This document shows positions 42,891 to 51,736 of a stretch of DNA of 64,000 nt, in pieces. The notes under the pieces are model-generated. The model had not been told where the DNA came from, searched no databases, and saw only the letters and a list, made by a program, of their open reading frames with translations. Position 1 is the stretch's first letter, and every line of letters starts with the position of its first letter. The stretch is from Salinispira sp. (GTDB lineage Bacteria; Spirochaetota; Spirochaetia; DSM-27196; Salinispiraceae). Position numbers and translations under genes: made by a program. The stretch spans positions 192,001 to 256,000 of the forward strand of contig CBDDDG010000010.1 of assembly GCA_965226555.1 (NCBI GenBank). Reading direction: 5' to 3'.

Positions 42891-43853
42891 ATGAGTAATG
42901 CCGGATACAATATCCATGATATTGCTTTTAAGAGCATCTATGGCACCCCCGAGGCGGCAGCCGACATTCCACGAATAATTTTTCCAAAGAACATCGTTAA
43001 CATTATGGACCTAGATGCTATTCGCATCGAAAACACCATCTACATTGACAAAGGGCGTGAGATGCTCTGCGACCTCATTCTCATTATTCCCCTCAAAGGG
43101 GAATTCGAGGGTTTACGAATTGTACTGCTTATTGAGCACAAAAGCATGTTTGATCCGAAGGTCAGCGAACAGTTCGATAAATACCAGAAAGCCCTCATAA
43201 ACAGCAGGACATTTCAGGCGCAGACCGATCTTCTTGTTCTGGTGCTGTGGTATCATGGCGAAGCACTATGGGAAGGAAATCTCAGTTTTCACAGTTCCCA
43301 AGATATACATACACACATACCGGAAAAATTGTACACAATGATGGAAAAATACCTTGCGAGGCCAAAGGTTCTCAATAGGCCTGTGATGGTCGATTTGAAT
43401 AGGATGAGCGAGGATAAGTTTACCCGGGGGTCAGACGGGGTTGTGTTGACAGGGGGAGCTCTGTGCTATATTATGCGGAAAGTCAGTAAGACAGGCGATG
43501 AAGACTTGCGGAAGGTTGCGAAGTATCTGAAAGAGCTTCCCGCAGAGAATTCCCGAGAGATGATCCCGAACCTTCTGCTCTATCTGAAGGCCTTGAAACT
43601 GGATACACGCTTTGAAAAAATCAACAGGGAAATAAATCCCGAAGGAGAAAGGGTTATGATGAAAAAAGTTCAGATGAGTGATTGGTTTGTCAACCAAGGC
43701 ATGGAGAAGGGCATTGAAAAGACGGCTCGGAATATGATCCGGATCGGAATAGAAGAGTCCGATGTGGTTGCCGCTACAGAACTTTCACCGGAACGGGTGC
43801 GTGAACTCAGGGGACGTGAATTAAACGAATCTGCGGCATCTACAGGACAATGA
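42891..43853 (+). CDS. Rpn/YhgA-like PD-(D/E)XK nuclease (copy D, intact)
   Basis: HDIAFK, CDLI, LLIEHKS, WYHG, QGMEKGIEKTARNMI; internal GAAGGAG + ATG at 43656. Confidence 0.88.
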   Translation: MSNAGYNIHDIAFKSIYGTPEAAADIPRIIFPKNIVNIMDLDAIRIENTIYIDKGREMLCDLILIIPLKGEFEGLRIVLLIEHKSMFDPKVSEQFDKYQKALINSRTFQAQTDLLVLVLWYHGEALWEGNLSFHSSQDIHTHIPEKLYTMMEKYLARPKVLNRPVMVDLNRMSEDKFTRGSDGVVLTGGALCYIMRKVSKTGDEDLRKVAKYLKELPAENSREMIPNLLLYLKALKLDTRFEKINREINPEGERVMMKKVQMSDWFVNQGMEKGIEKTARNMIRIGIEESDVVAATELSPERVRELRGRELNESAASTGQ

Positions 43854-46800
43854 CCACCCTCTACGAATCGGACATTGAAGAACTTGCCATTGAGCTCCTC
43901 CGGCAGCAGGGCTACACCTACATTGCGCCCGATCAGCAGGAAACGGAGAGGGACAGTACAGCGGAAGTTATCCTGAAGCCGCGGCTGCAACAGGCAATTC
44001 ACGACCTCAACCCGAACCTGCCCGACATGGTCAAAACGCAGGCAATGCGGCAGGTAACCGACCTGTCGTCCGCGCAGGTGGCGGAGACCAACGCCAATTT
44101 TTACAAAATGCTCATTGAAGGCGTGCCGGAGGAATATCAGCAAAACAATAACACGGTCGGCGCGAGGCTCCGCCTTATCGATTTTGAAAATGCGGCAAAC
44201 AACGACTTCGCTGTCTGCAATCAATTCTCCGTGAAGGAGAACAGAACGACCAGACGCCCCGATGTGGTGCTCTTTGTGAACGGCTTGCCGATGGGGGTCA
44301 TTGAGCTGAAAAATCCTGCCGATGAAAAGGCAACCATTCATAGCGCCTTTGTCCAGCTGCAAAACTATAAGCATTCCATTCCCACGCTGTTTCGTTATAA
44401 CGGCATTTTGGTTGCCTCGGACGGGCTGAATGCACAGGCAGGATCGCTGACGGCGGGTGAGGCGCGCTTTATGGCGTGGAAAACTGTTGATGGTACGTTT
44501 GAAGACCCTGCCACAACACCGCAGCTGGAAACCCTCATTAAGGGGATGCTACGCCCCGCTGTTCTGCTGGATATCATACGCTACTTTACCGTATTTGAAA
44601 CCACAGGCAGAGAAGACCCGAAAACCGGTACCATTGCCACAGAAAAAGAAAAGAAAATTGCAGCCTACCACCAATACCACGCCGTTAAAAAAGCGGTGAG
44701 CTCCACCATCCGAGCTGCCGGCGCTGCCCCCCAACTCGGCGCGCCCCAAATAGGCAGCGCGCAGCCCCAACCCGGCACCGCGCAGCCCCAACTCGGCACA
44801 GCCCAACCCGGCACCGCGCAGCCCCAACTCGGCACAGCCCAACCCGGCACCGCGCAGCCCCAACCCGGCGCTGCCCCCCAACCCGGCACCGCGCAGCCCC
44901 AACCCGGCGCTGCCCCCCAACCCGGCACCGCGCAGCCCCAACCCCCCGCAACAGAAACGCACGAAGACCCCGAGGCCTACGGATTGCCCGGGGTGAAAAG
45001 CCAGCCGGCGGGCGACCGCAAAGCGGGGGTACTGTGGCATACGCAGGGCAGCGGTAAATCGTTGTCCATGCTGTTCTATGCGGGGCTACTGGTGATCGAT
45101 CGGCGCATGGCAAACCCAACCATTGTTATCATTACCGACCGCAATAATTTAGACGAGCAACTATTCGAGGCCTTCACCGCGGGCAAGGACCTGCTGCGGC
45201 AGGAACCCGTGCGGGCGAAAAATCGGCGCCAGCTTAAAAACCTGCTCACAACACTCGGCGGCGGCGTGGTTTTCTCCACCATTCAGAAATTCTCCCCCGA
45301 AGACGACAGCGAAGAGTTCGATGTGCTATCGGAGCGGGAAAACATCGTTGTTATTGCCGATGAAGCCCACCGCAGCCAATACGGCTTTGGCGCAAAGACC
45401 CATTTTGTGAAAGACGGCGCAAAAACCCGCTACGGCTTCGCAAAATACCTGCGGGACGCGCTGCCGAGGGCATCCTTTGTGGGCTTTACGGGCACCCCAA
45501 TTGAGAAAGACGATGCCTCCACGCCGGCGGTTTTCGGCAACTACATAGACATCTACGACATAGAACAGGCGGTTAAAGACGGCGCAACCGTGCCGATTTA
45601 CTACGAATCGCGCCTTGCGCGCGTTCATCTCAAAGAAGAATACACCGAAGAACTGGACGCGGAAATTGAAGAAATTGTTGAAAACAGAGAATTAGATGAT
45701 GCGGAAAGAGCCAAGGCGAAATCGGCGCGGCAGGAGGCCATTATCGGGCATGAAGACCGGCTGCGGACGGTTGTTGCGGACATTCTCCAGCACTTTGCCG
45801 AGCGGCGCGATGCCTGCCAAGGCAAGGCGATGATTGTTACTACCAGCCGCCGCATTGCCGTTGCAATGTATGCCGACATCATCTCCCTCCGTCCGCACTG
45901 GCATAACCAGAACGCCGACAAGGGGGCAGTAAAAATCGTTATGACCTCATCATCGAGCGACCCGCCCGAATGGCAGCAGCACTCAACGACAAAAGATGAG
46001 AAAACAGCAATAAGAAAACGCTTTGTTATTCCCGAAGATTCTTTGCAGATGGTCATTGTCTGCGATATGTGGCTGACGGGTTTTGACGCGCCCTGTCTGG
46101 ACACCCTCTACATTGACAAAATAATGAGCGGACACAATTTGATGCAGGCAATAGCGCGGGTGAACAGGGTCTATAAGGACAAGGCGGGCGGGCTCATTGT
46201 CGACTACATCGGCATTGCCTCCAATTTGAAGCGCGCCCTCGCAGCCTACACCCAAAACGGCGGGCGGGGAAGTCCCGCGCTCAAACAGGAAGATGCCGTA
46301 AAGCTCATGCTGGAAAAATACGATGTGGCAGCGAACCTCTTTGCCGGTTTCAACTACAAACCGTACTTCACGGCAGACACCGCCGGCAAGCTGACCATCA
46401 TTTTAGAAGCGCAAGAACACATTCTTGCTCTGGAAAACGGCAGGGAACGCTTTTCGCAGGCGGTCTACCTGCTTGCCAGAGCATTTGCCATGTCCGTTCC
46501 CTCTGCCGCGGCAATGAACATAAAGGCGGAGGTAGGGTTTTTTCAGGCGGTGCGGGCGCGGCTCATAAAGTTTGAACCGACAGGCAGCGGAAAAAGCACT
46601 GTTGAAATGGAAACGGCAATTCGGCAAATTGTCGACAAGGCCCTTGCGGCAGACGGCGTAATCGACATATTCGATGCCGCAGGCATAAAGAAGCCCGATG
46701 TATCCATTCTCTCCGACGATTTTCTGGCAGAAATACGGGGAATGCGGCATAAAAATCTTGCTCTGGCGCTCCTGAAAAAAATTCTCAACAACGAAATACG

Positions 46801-47245
46801 AAGCAGAAGCAAAAAAAACCTGACGCAGGGCAGGAAGTTTTCCGAGATGATCGAAACGGCGCTCAAGAAGTATCGGAACCGAACCATAGAAGCTGCCGAG
46901 ATTATTCAGGAGCTCATTGACATAGCCATAGAAATGCGGGAGTCCGAACAGCGGGGCGCCGATCTTGGTCTGAGCGATAATGAAATAGCCTTCTACGATG
47001 CCCTTGCCGATAATGGCAGCGCTCGGGAAATAATGGGCGATAAAAAACTCAGAACAATTGCCCAACTGCTCACCGACATGGTGAATAACAACGTATCCAT
47101 CGACTGGATAATAAAAGAAAGCGCGCGGGCGCGGCTGCGAACCATGGTGAAGCGGCTGCTAAACCAATACGGCTACCCGCCCGATCTGCAGAAATCGGCA
47201 ACAGAGCTGGTCATTGAACAGGCAGAACGATTCGCCGAGGATTAG
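43850..47245 (+). CDS. hsdR: Type I R-M restriction subunit with a P/Q/A/G repeat insertion
   Basis: RPDVVLFVNG...IELK, HTQGSGKS, DEAH, FTGTP, TGFD, QAIARVNR. Confidence 0.96.
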   Translation: MTTLYESDIEELAIELLRQQGYTYIAPDQQETERDSTAEVILKPRLQQAIHDLNPNLPDMVKTQAMRQVTDLSSAQVAETNANFYKMLIEGVPEEYQQNNNTVGARLRLIDFENAANNDFAVCNQFSVKENRTTRRPDVVLFVNGLPMGVIELKNPADEKATIHSAFVQLQNYKHSIPTLFRYNGILVASDGLNAQAGSLTAGEARFMAWKTVDGTFEDPATTPQLETLIKGMLRPAVLLDIIRYFTVFETTGREDPKTGTIATEKEKKIAAYHQYHAVKKAVSSTIRAAGAAPQLGAPQIGSAQPQPGTAQPQLGTAQPGTAQPQLGTAQPGTAQPQPGAAPQPGTAQPQPGAAPQPGTAQPQPPATETHEDPEAYGLPGVKSQPAGDRKAGVLWHTQGSGKSLSMLFYAGLLVIDRRMANPTIVIITDRNNLDEQLFEAFTAGKDLLRQEPVRAKNRRQLKNLLTTLGGGVVFSTIQKFSPEDDSEEFDVLSERENIVVIADEAHRSQYGFGAKTHFVKDGAKTRYGFAKYLRDALPRASFVGFTGTPIEKDDASTPAVFGNYIDIYDIEQAVKDGATVPIYYESRLARVHLKEEYTEELDAEIEEIVENRELDDAERAKAKSARQEAIIGHEDRLRTVVADILQHFAERRDACQGKAMIVTTSRRIAVAMYADIISLRPHWHNQNADKGAVKIVMTSSSSDPPEWQQHSTTKDEKTAIRKRFVIPEDSLQMVIVCDMWLTGFDAPCLDTLYIDKIMSGHNLMQAIARVNRVYKDKAGGLIVDYIGIASNLKRALAAYTQNGGRGSPALKQEDAVKLMLEKYDVAANLFAGFNYKPYFTADTAGKLTIILEAQEHILALENGRERFSQAVYLLARAFAMSVPSAAAMNIKAEVGFFQAVRARLIKFEPTGSGKSTVEMETAIRQIVDKALAADGVIDIFDAAGIKKPDVSILSDDFLAEIRGMRHKNLALALLKKILNNEIRSRSKKNLTQGRKFSEMIETALKKYRNRTIEAAEIIQELIDIAIEMRESEQRGADLGLSDNEIAFYDALADNGSAREIMGDKKLRTIAQLLTDMVNNNVSIDWIIKESARARLRTMVKRLLNQYGYPPDLQKSATELVIEQAERFAED
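44719..44948 (+). repeat. In-frame VNTR of 15/18/21 bp units within hsdR
   Basis: Repeated cagccccaacccggcaccgcg / gctgccccccaacccggc. Confidence 0.92.
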
Positions 47246-47338
47246 ACGAACTCAAGAAATAGTTCCGTAGTAGATGTATGTAAGAAATTCGCTTATGAAT
47301 TAAGAATTTGTGATACAAAAAATGCTGAAGTAGATTGT

Positions 47339-47782
47339 ATGGAACTGTCGTTGACACAATATGAAGCAGATACCTTATTTGCTCTGGAAAAACATCACAG
47401 AGAAACTGAGTCATACACATTTCCAAGTCTTGGCGGAAGAATAAATATTCCCTTATATTTTGAAGATAGTAGCGAGAAATTCCATATGGATATAACTCGG
47501 AGTCGAATAGAACTCAAGAAATATACCTTCCAAAACCGTGTGCGTAAAACCATTGCATTAGTTAGAATAGATATACATGGCCCGCCACATCGGAATCCAG
47601 ATGGAGAAGAAATTCCATGTCCTCATATGCACAAATATCGCGAAAAATGGGGCGATAAATGGGCGGAACCTTTACCAAATATATTTAGTGAAATATCAGA
47701 TACATGGCAAACACTTGAGCATTTTATGCAATTCTGCAATATTAAAACTAAGCCGGAAATCATAGGGGATTTGTTTACATGA
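47339..47782 (+). CDS. DUF6978-like protein
   Basis: LVRIDI.GPPHRNPDGEEIPCPHMHKY.E.WGDKWA. Confidence 0.7.
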   Translation: MELSLTQYEADTLFALEKHHRETESYTFPSLGGRINIPLYFEDSSEKFHMDITRSRIELKKYTFQNRVRKTIALVRIDIHGPPHRNPDGEEIPCPHMHKYREKWGDKWAEPLPNIFSEISDTWQTLEHFMQFCNIKTKPEIIGDLFT

Positions 47783-48549
47783 TCATTAATGAAATAGAAC
47801 ATATTCTACAGGATTATACTAACTGGCTTAAAGATAAGACCGTACTGAAACAAATTGATGCGCGCTGGATTGAAATTACCACGCCGTATCTCGACCGCCA
47901 CAATGACTATCTCCAAATATATGCCCGGAAAGATGGAAATAAGTTTGTTTTAACCGATGACGGATACATAATACATGACCTAATCAATTCAGGATGTTCT
48001 CTGAATTCCCCAAAACGCCAGCAATTGCTTCATACAACATTGAATGGATTTGGCATACACATGAAAGATGAACAATTAATTGTGCATAGCGATCCTGAAG
48101 AATTTTCTCAGAAGAAACACAATATCATTCAAGCAATGCTCTCGGTAAATGACCTTTTCTATCTGGCATCACCATATATTGAAAATCTATTCCTTGAAGA
48201 TGTTACAAAATGGCTTGATATATCCAACATACGGTATACCCCAAATTTAAAGTTTGCGGGAAAAAGCGGATATGATCATGTGTTTAATTTCGTTATTCCT
48301 AAATCAAGAAAACAACCAGAGCGCATTGTGCAAACATTGACAAATCCAAAGAAGAATAATGCTGAAAATTTGGTGTTCAAGTGGCTGGATACGCGGGAAA
48401 TGCGATCGGCAGAGTCAGAACTATTCGCCGTCCTAAACGATGGGGATAATGGAATTTCTCATGGTGTTGCGGAAGCATTCAAACGCTATGACATAATACC
48501 AATGGCATGGTCAGAAAGAGAAAATAATCAGGAGAGATTGGCGGGTTAA
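47779..48549 (+). CDS. DUF1828/DUF1829-like protein
   Basis: ITTPYLDRHND...LTDDG; GKSG..H.FNFVIP; coupled to the upstream gene. Confidence 0.75.
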   Translation: MIINEIEHILQDYTNWLKDKTVLKQIDARWIEITTPYLDRHNDYLQIYARKDGNKFVLTDDGYIIHDLINSGCSLNSPKRQQLLHTTLNGFGIHMKDEQLIVHSDPEEFSQKKHNIIQAMLSVNDLFYLASPYIENLFLEDVTKWLDISNIRYTPNLKFAGKSGYDHVFNFVIPKSRKQPERIVQTLTNPKKNNAENLVFKWLDTREMRSAESELFAVLNDGDNGISHGVAEAFKRYDIIPMAWSERENNQERLAG

Positions 48550-48558
48550 TGAATATGA

Positions 48559-48656
48559 CAAAGTTTTGCAGAATGCAAAACTTTCTACAAAATGCGAGAA
48601 TGCTCAGCACATAGAGTCATTCAAAATGTGAAACTTTTGCAAAATGCAAAAGTTTC
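48559..48656. mobile_element. Composite palindromic mini-element (98 bp) flanked by TATGA direct repeats
   Basis: Two 27 bp hairpins around a 44 bp spacer; TATGA at 48554-48558 and 48657-48661. Confidence 0.8.
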
Positions 48657-48711
48657 TATGATCATATCACCGGCTATTCCGTTCCCAAAAAACAGCCGTT
48701 GTAATAATATA

Positions 48712-48785
48712 TGGGCCCAGTAGGACTTGAACCTACGACCAATGGATTATGAGTCCACTGCTCTAACCAACTGAGCTATGGGCCC
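48712..48785 (-). tRNA. tRNA with CAT anticodon, most likely tRNA-Ile2 (lysidine); CCA not encoded
   Basis: GGGCCCA acceptor stem; TAGCTCAGTTGGTTAGAGC D arm; GGACTCATAATCC anticodon arm; GGTTCAAGTCC T arm. Confidence 0.9.
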
Positions 48786-48923
48786 GCAGTAATAAAAAGT
48801 ATCCGAATTATCGGCATTACTGTCAATCCTCGAAAATATTTTATCCAATACCCTTTGCATACATATTTTTGTTTGATATAATGATGACTTGTTGTGTTGT
48901 AAAGACACATAAAAGGAGGCTTT

Positions 48924-50564
48924 ATGAAAAAAGTAATAGCCAAAAAAATAATAGCCATACTTGTGTTCACACTTGTATGTTCAATGATCGTAAGCGCAGG
49001 CGGAGATGCGGAAAGCTCTGCATCGGAGTCAGTATCGGAAATGGTGCTGAACTGGAACCTTGCGGCGGATCCGAAAACACTCGACCCAGGCCTAGCCGGA
49101 GCGACTGATGAAGGCGATATTATTGCCAATACCTTTGAGGGTCTTATCAGGGAGCGCGGCGGAATAGTTGAGCCGGGTATTGCCGAAAGTTGGGAAATTT
49201 CTCCCGATGGACAGACGGTTACCTTCAATCTCCGCAGATCACAATGGTCAGACGGCTCCGATCTCACTGCCGATGACTTCGTCTATTCCTGGAAACGGGC
49301 AATTGATCCTGCAACAGCTGCAGAATACAGCTGGATCTGGAAATATACAAATGTTGTGAATGCAGATGACGCAACTTTAGGCAAAGTTTCACCAGACAGT
49401 GTCGGTGTACGGGCCATTGATGACTATACCCTTGAGGTAAAACTCATTGCGCCCACTCCCTACATTATCTCACTAACATCGTTCTACCACTTCATGCCGG
49501 TAAAGCAGTCTGCCGTTGAGGCAGGTCCTGAAGGCGCATGGGCAAAAGACCCCGAACTCTATGTTTCAAACGGTCCCTTCGTGCTGACATCGTACACAAT
49601 TGGAGATGGGCTCACTCTGGAGAAGAACCCCAATTTCTGGAATGCAGGTAATGTCAGTATTGATATGATAAACGTTAAGTTTATTGATGAATCCCCTACC
49701 GCGTACACCGCCTATGAGGCCGGCGAATTCGACTTTCTCAACGATGTTCCTCCTGCGGAAATCCCCCGCCTTGTTGCTGAAAACCCTGAATTCCACATTT
49801 TCCCCCTGCTTGGAACCTACTACTATAACTTCAACATGGATCTGCCTCGCTGGCAGGATCCGCTCGTGCGCAGGGCGCTCACCCTTTCCATTGACAGGGA
49901 GCAGATTGTCGAAGTGCTCGCACGCGGTAATGTACCCGCTCCGGGCTTTGTTCCTCCGGGTTTCCGTGATAATGATGGACGCGACTTTTTCGAAACTGCC
50001 GGAAACTACGGCATTATGACCGATAATTCGCAGTTCGCTGAAGCGCGCAGTCTTCTCGCTGAAGCCGGATATCCGAACGGAGAAGGATTTCCGAAGTTCA
50101 CCCTCATATACAACACCAGTGATGGGCATAAGCTTGTCGCTGAAATAATTCAGGAAGCATGGAAAACCAACCTCGGTATCGAAATTGACCTCGAAAACCA
50201 GGAATGGGCTGTATTTCAGGAAACCCGAAGACAGGGCGACTACGAACTGTCGCGCGGCGGCTGGCTAACAGACTTCTTGGATCCCAGCGGTCTGCTCGCC
50301 ATTTTTGAGACGGACAATAACTATAATGATCCCAACTTCGATAACTCCGCCTTCAACGAAGCAATGAAGCGCTCCCGCGAAGCTCCCGGCACTGCAGAGC
50401 ATTTCAATGCCCTCTATGAGGCGCAGGAAATTCTTATGACCGAGCTGCCTGTTATTCCGGTGTATCACTACACCGATTACATGCTCTCAAGTCCTCATGT
50501 CAAAGGATGGGAACGGAGTCTGCTGAGCGGAACTGATTTCCGCTATGCGACTGTCGAACGCTAA
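48924..50564 (+). CDS. oppA: Oligopeptide ABC transporter substrate-binding protein
   Basis: DPKTLDP, PGIAESWEISPDG..TFNLR, SNGPF. Confidence 0.93.
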   Translation: MKKVIAKKIIAILVFTLVCSMIVSAGGDAESSASESVSEMVLNWNLAADPKTLDPGLAGATDEGDIIANTFEGLIRERGGIVEPGIAESWEISPDGQTVTFNLRRSQWSDGSDLTADDFVYSWKRAIDPATAAEYSWIWKYTNVVNADDATLGKVSPDSVGVRAIDDYTLEVKLIAPTPYIISLTSFYHFMPVKQSAVEAGPEGAWAKDPELYVSNGPFVLTSYTIGDGLTLEKNPNFWNAGNVSIDMINVKFIDESPTAYTAYEAGEFDFLNDVPPAEIPRLVAENPEFHIFPLLGTYYYNFNMDLPRWQDPLVRRALTLSIDREQIVEVLARGNVPAPGFVPPGFRDNDGRDFFETAGNYGIMTDNSQFAEARSLLAEAGYPNGEGFPKFTLIYNTSDGHKLVAEIIQEAWKTNLGIEIDLENQEWAVFQETRRQGDYELSRGGWLTDFLDPSGLLAIFETDNNYNDPNFDNSAFNEAMKRSREAPGTAEHFNALYEAQEILMTELPVIPVYHYTDYMLSSPHVKGWERSLLSGTDFRYATVER

Positions 50565-50666
50565 ATTGTCGATTGGCGCCGATTGCGCCGAATTCCGATA
50601 TTTTGTCGGAATGATGTTCAGGCGCCGGCGGCAGGGTCATTGCTGCCGGTTGTCCTGCCTATTTGT

Positions 50667-50776
50667 GTAGCCCGCAGCGTGCGGCAGCGGCTTGGTATTA
50701 CTCTGTGTAACCCTCCTTATAAGATTGTAGCCCGCAGTATGCGGCGCTACTGCTGCTGCCGCACGCTGCGGGCTAT
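50667..50776. repeat. Cluster of three GTAG-type REP-like palindromes (two direct, one inverted)
   Basis: gtagcccgcagcgtgcggc at 50667; gtagcccgcagtatgcggc at 50727; inverted copy at 50755-50776. Confidence 0.65.
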
Positions 50777-50803
50777 GTAAACGTGCTGCCCGGAGGAAAT
50801 TGT

Positions 50804-51733
50804 ATGGTCAAGTATTTTCTTAAGCGCCTCGCGTATTCGCTTTTTACCATCTTCGTTATAATTACGGTACTTTTTTTCGTGCTCCGCTCCATACCGGGCG
50901 GTCCCTTCACCCGGGAAAGAGCCATTCCCGATGAAATTCTCCGTATTATTGAACAAAAATATAACCTTGATCTCCCCCTGTATCAGCAGTATTTCAATTA
51001 TCTTAAGGGACTCATTACCTTTGATTTCGGCCCCTCGTATCAGAAAATTGGGACAAGCGTAAACGATATTATTGAGGCGGGCTTCCCGAACACTGCGCGT
51101 GTCGGCTTTTTTGCCGTTTTGTTTATTATCATTGTCGGAATACCGGTGGGCATTATCTCTGCCCTCAAAATGGGCAAGCCTGTGGACTATATGGTCATGT
51201 TTATGGCCACACTCGGCGTAACTCTGCCGAGTTTTGTTGTGGCAACACTGTTCATTCATTTATTCGCCGGAAAACTTGACTGGGTTCCTCCCTTCGGCAT
51301 AGGCCTTCCCGCCGGTTATATTGGTCCTGTGCTCGCGCTGTCGGGTTATTCTCTGTCCTTCGTGGCGCGTCTTACCCGATCCAGTATGCTTGAAGTACTC
51401 CGTGCCGACTACATTCAGACAGCTCGGGCAAATGGTCTCAGCGAATTTTCTGTTATTGTCAAACATGCGGTGAAAAACGCCATTATTCCTGTCATTACCT
51501 ACATGGGACCAACCATAGCAACTATTCTGACCGGCTCCTTCGTTGTTGAGAGGATATTTGCCATTCCGGGAATTGGGCGCTATTTTGTGGAAAGCGTCAC
51601 CAACAGAGATTACACAACCTATATGGCAGTAACCATTCTTTTTGCCGTCTTTTATGTGTTTATGATTCTTCTGGTGGATATTGCCTACGCGCTTGTTGAC
51701 CCGAGAATTCGTTTTGAAAAGGAAAAGGGGTAG
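50804..51733 (+). CDS. oppB: Oligopeptide ABC permease
   Basis: PGGPF, DFGPS, RSSMLEVL..DYI.TARANGL. Confidence 0.93.
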   Translation: MVKYFLKRLAYSLFTIFVIITVLFFVLRSIPGGPFTRERAIPDEILRIIEQKYNLDLPLYQQYFNYLKGLITFDFGPSYQKIGTSVNDIIEAGFPNTARVGFFAVLFIIIVGIPVGIISALKMGKPVDYMVMFMATLGVTLPSFVVATLFIHLFAGKLDWVPPFGIGLPAGYIGPVLALSGYSLSFVARLTRSSMLEVLRADYIQTARANGLSEFSVIVKHAVKNAIIPVITYMGPTIATILTGSFVVERIFAIPGIGRYFVESVTNRDYTTYMAVTILFAVFYVFMILLVDIAYALVDPRIRFEKEKG

Positions 51734-51736
51734 GCT

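Noticed and set aside
44719..44948. HsdR insertion as an intein or CRISPR
   Set aside because: Pure low-complexity tandem repeat with no intein terminal residues and no spacers.
48712..48785. tRNA-Met call from the CAT anticodon
   Set aside because: Lacks initiator features (C1 mismatch, three G-C anticodon-stem pairs), and the GGGCCC acceptor with ACTCATAAT fits Ile2 better; not confirmed by a covariance model.
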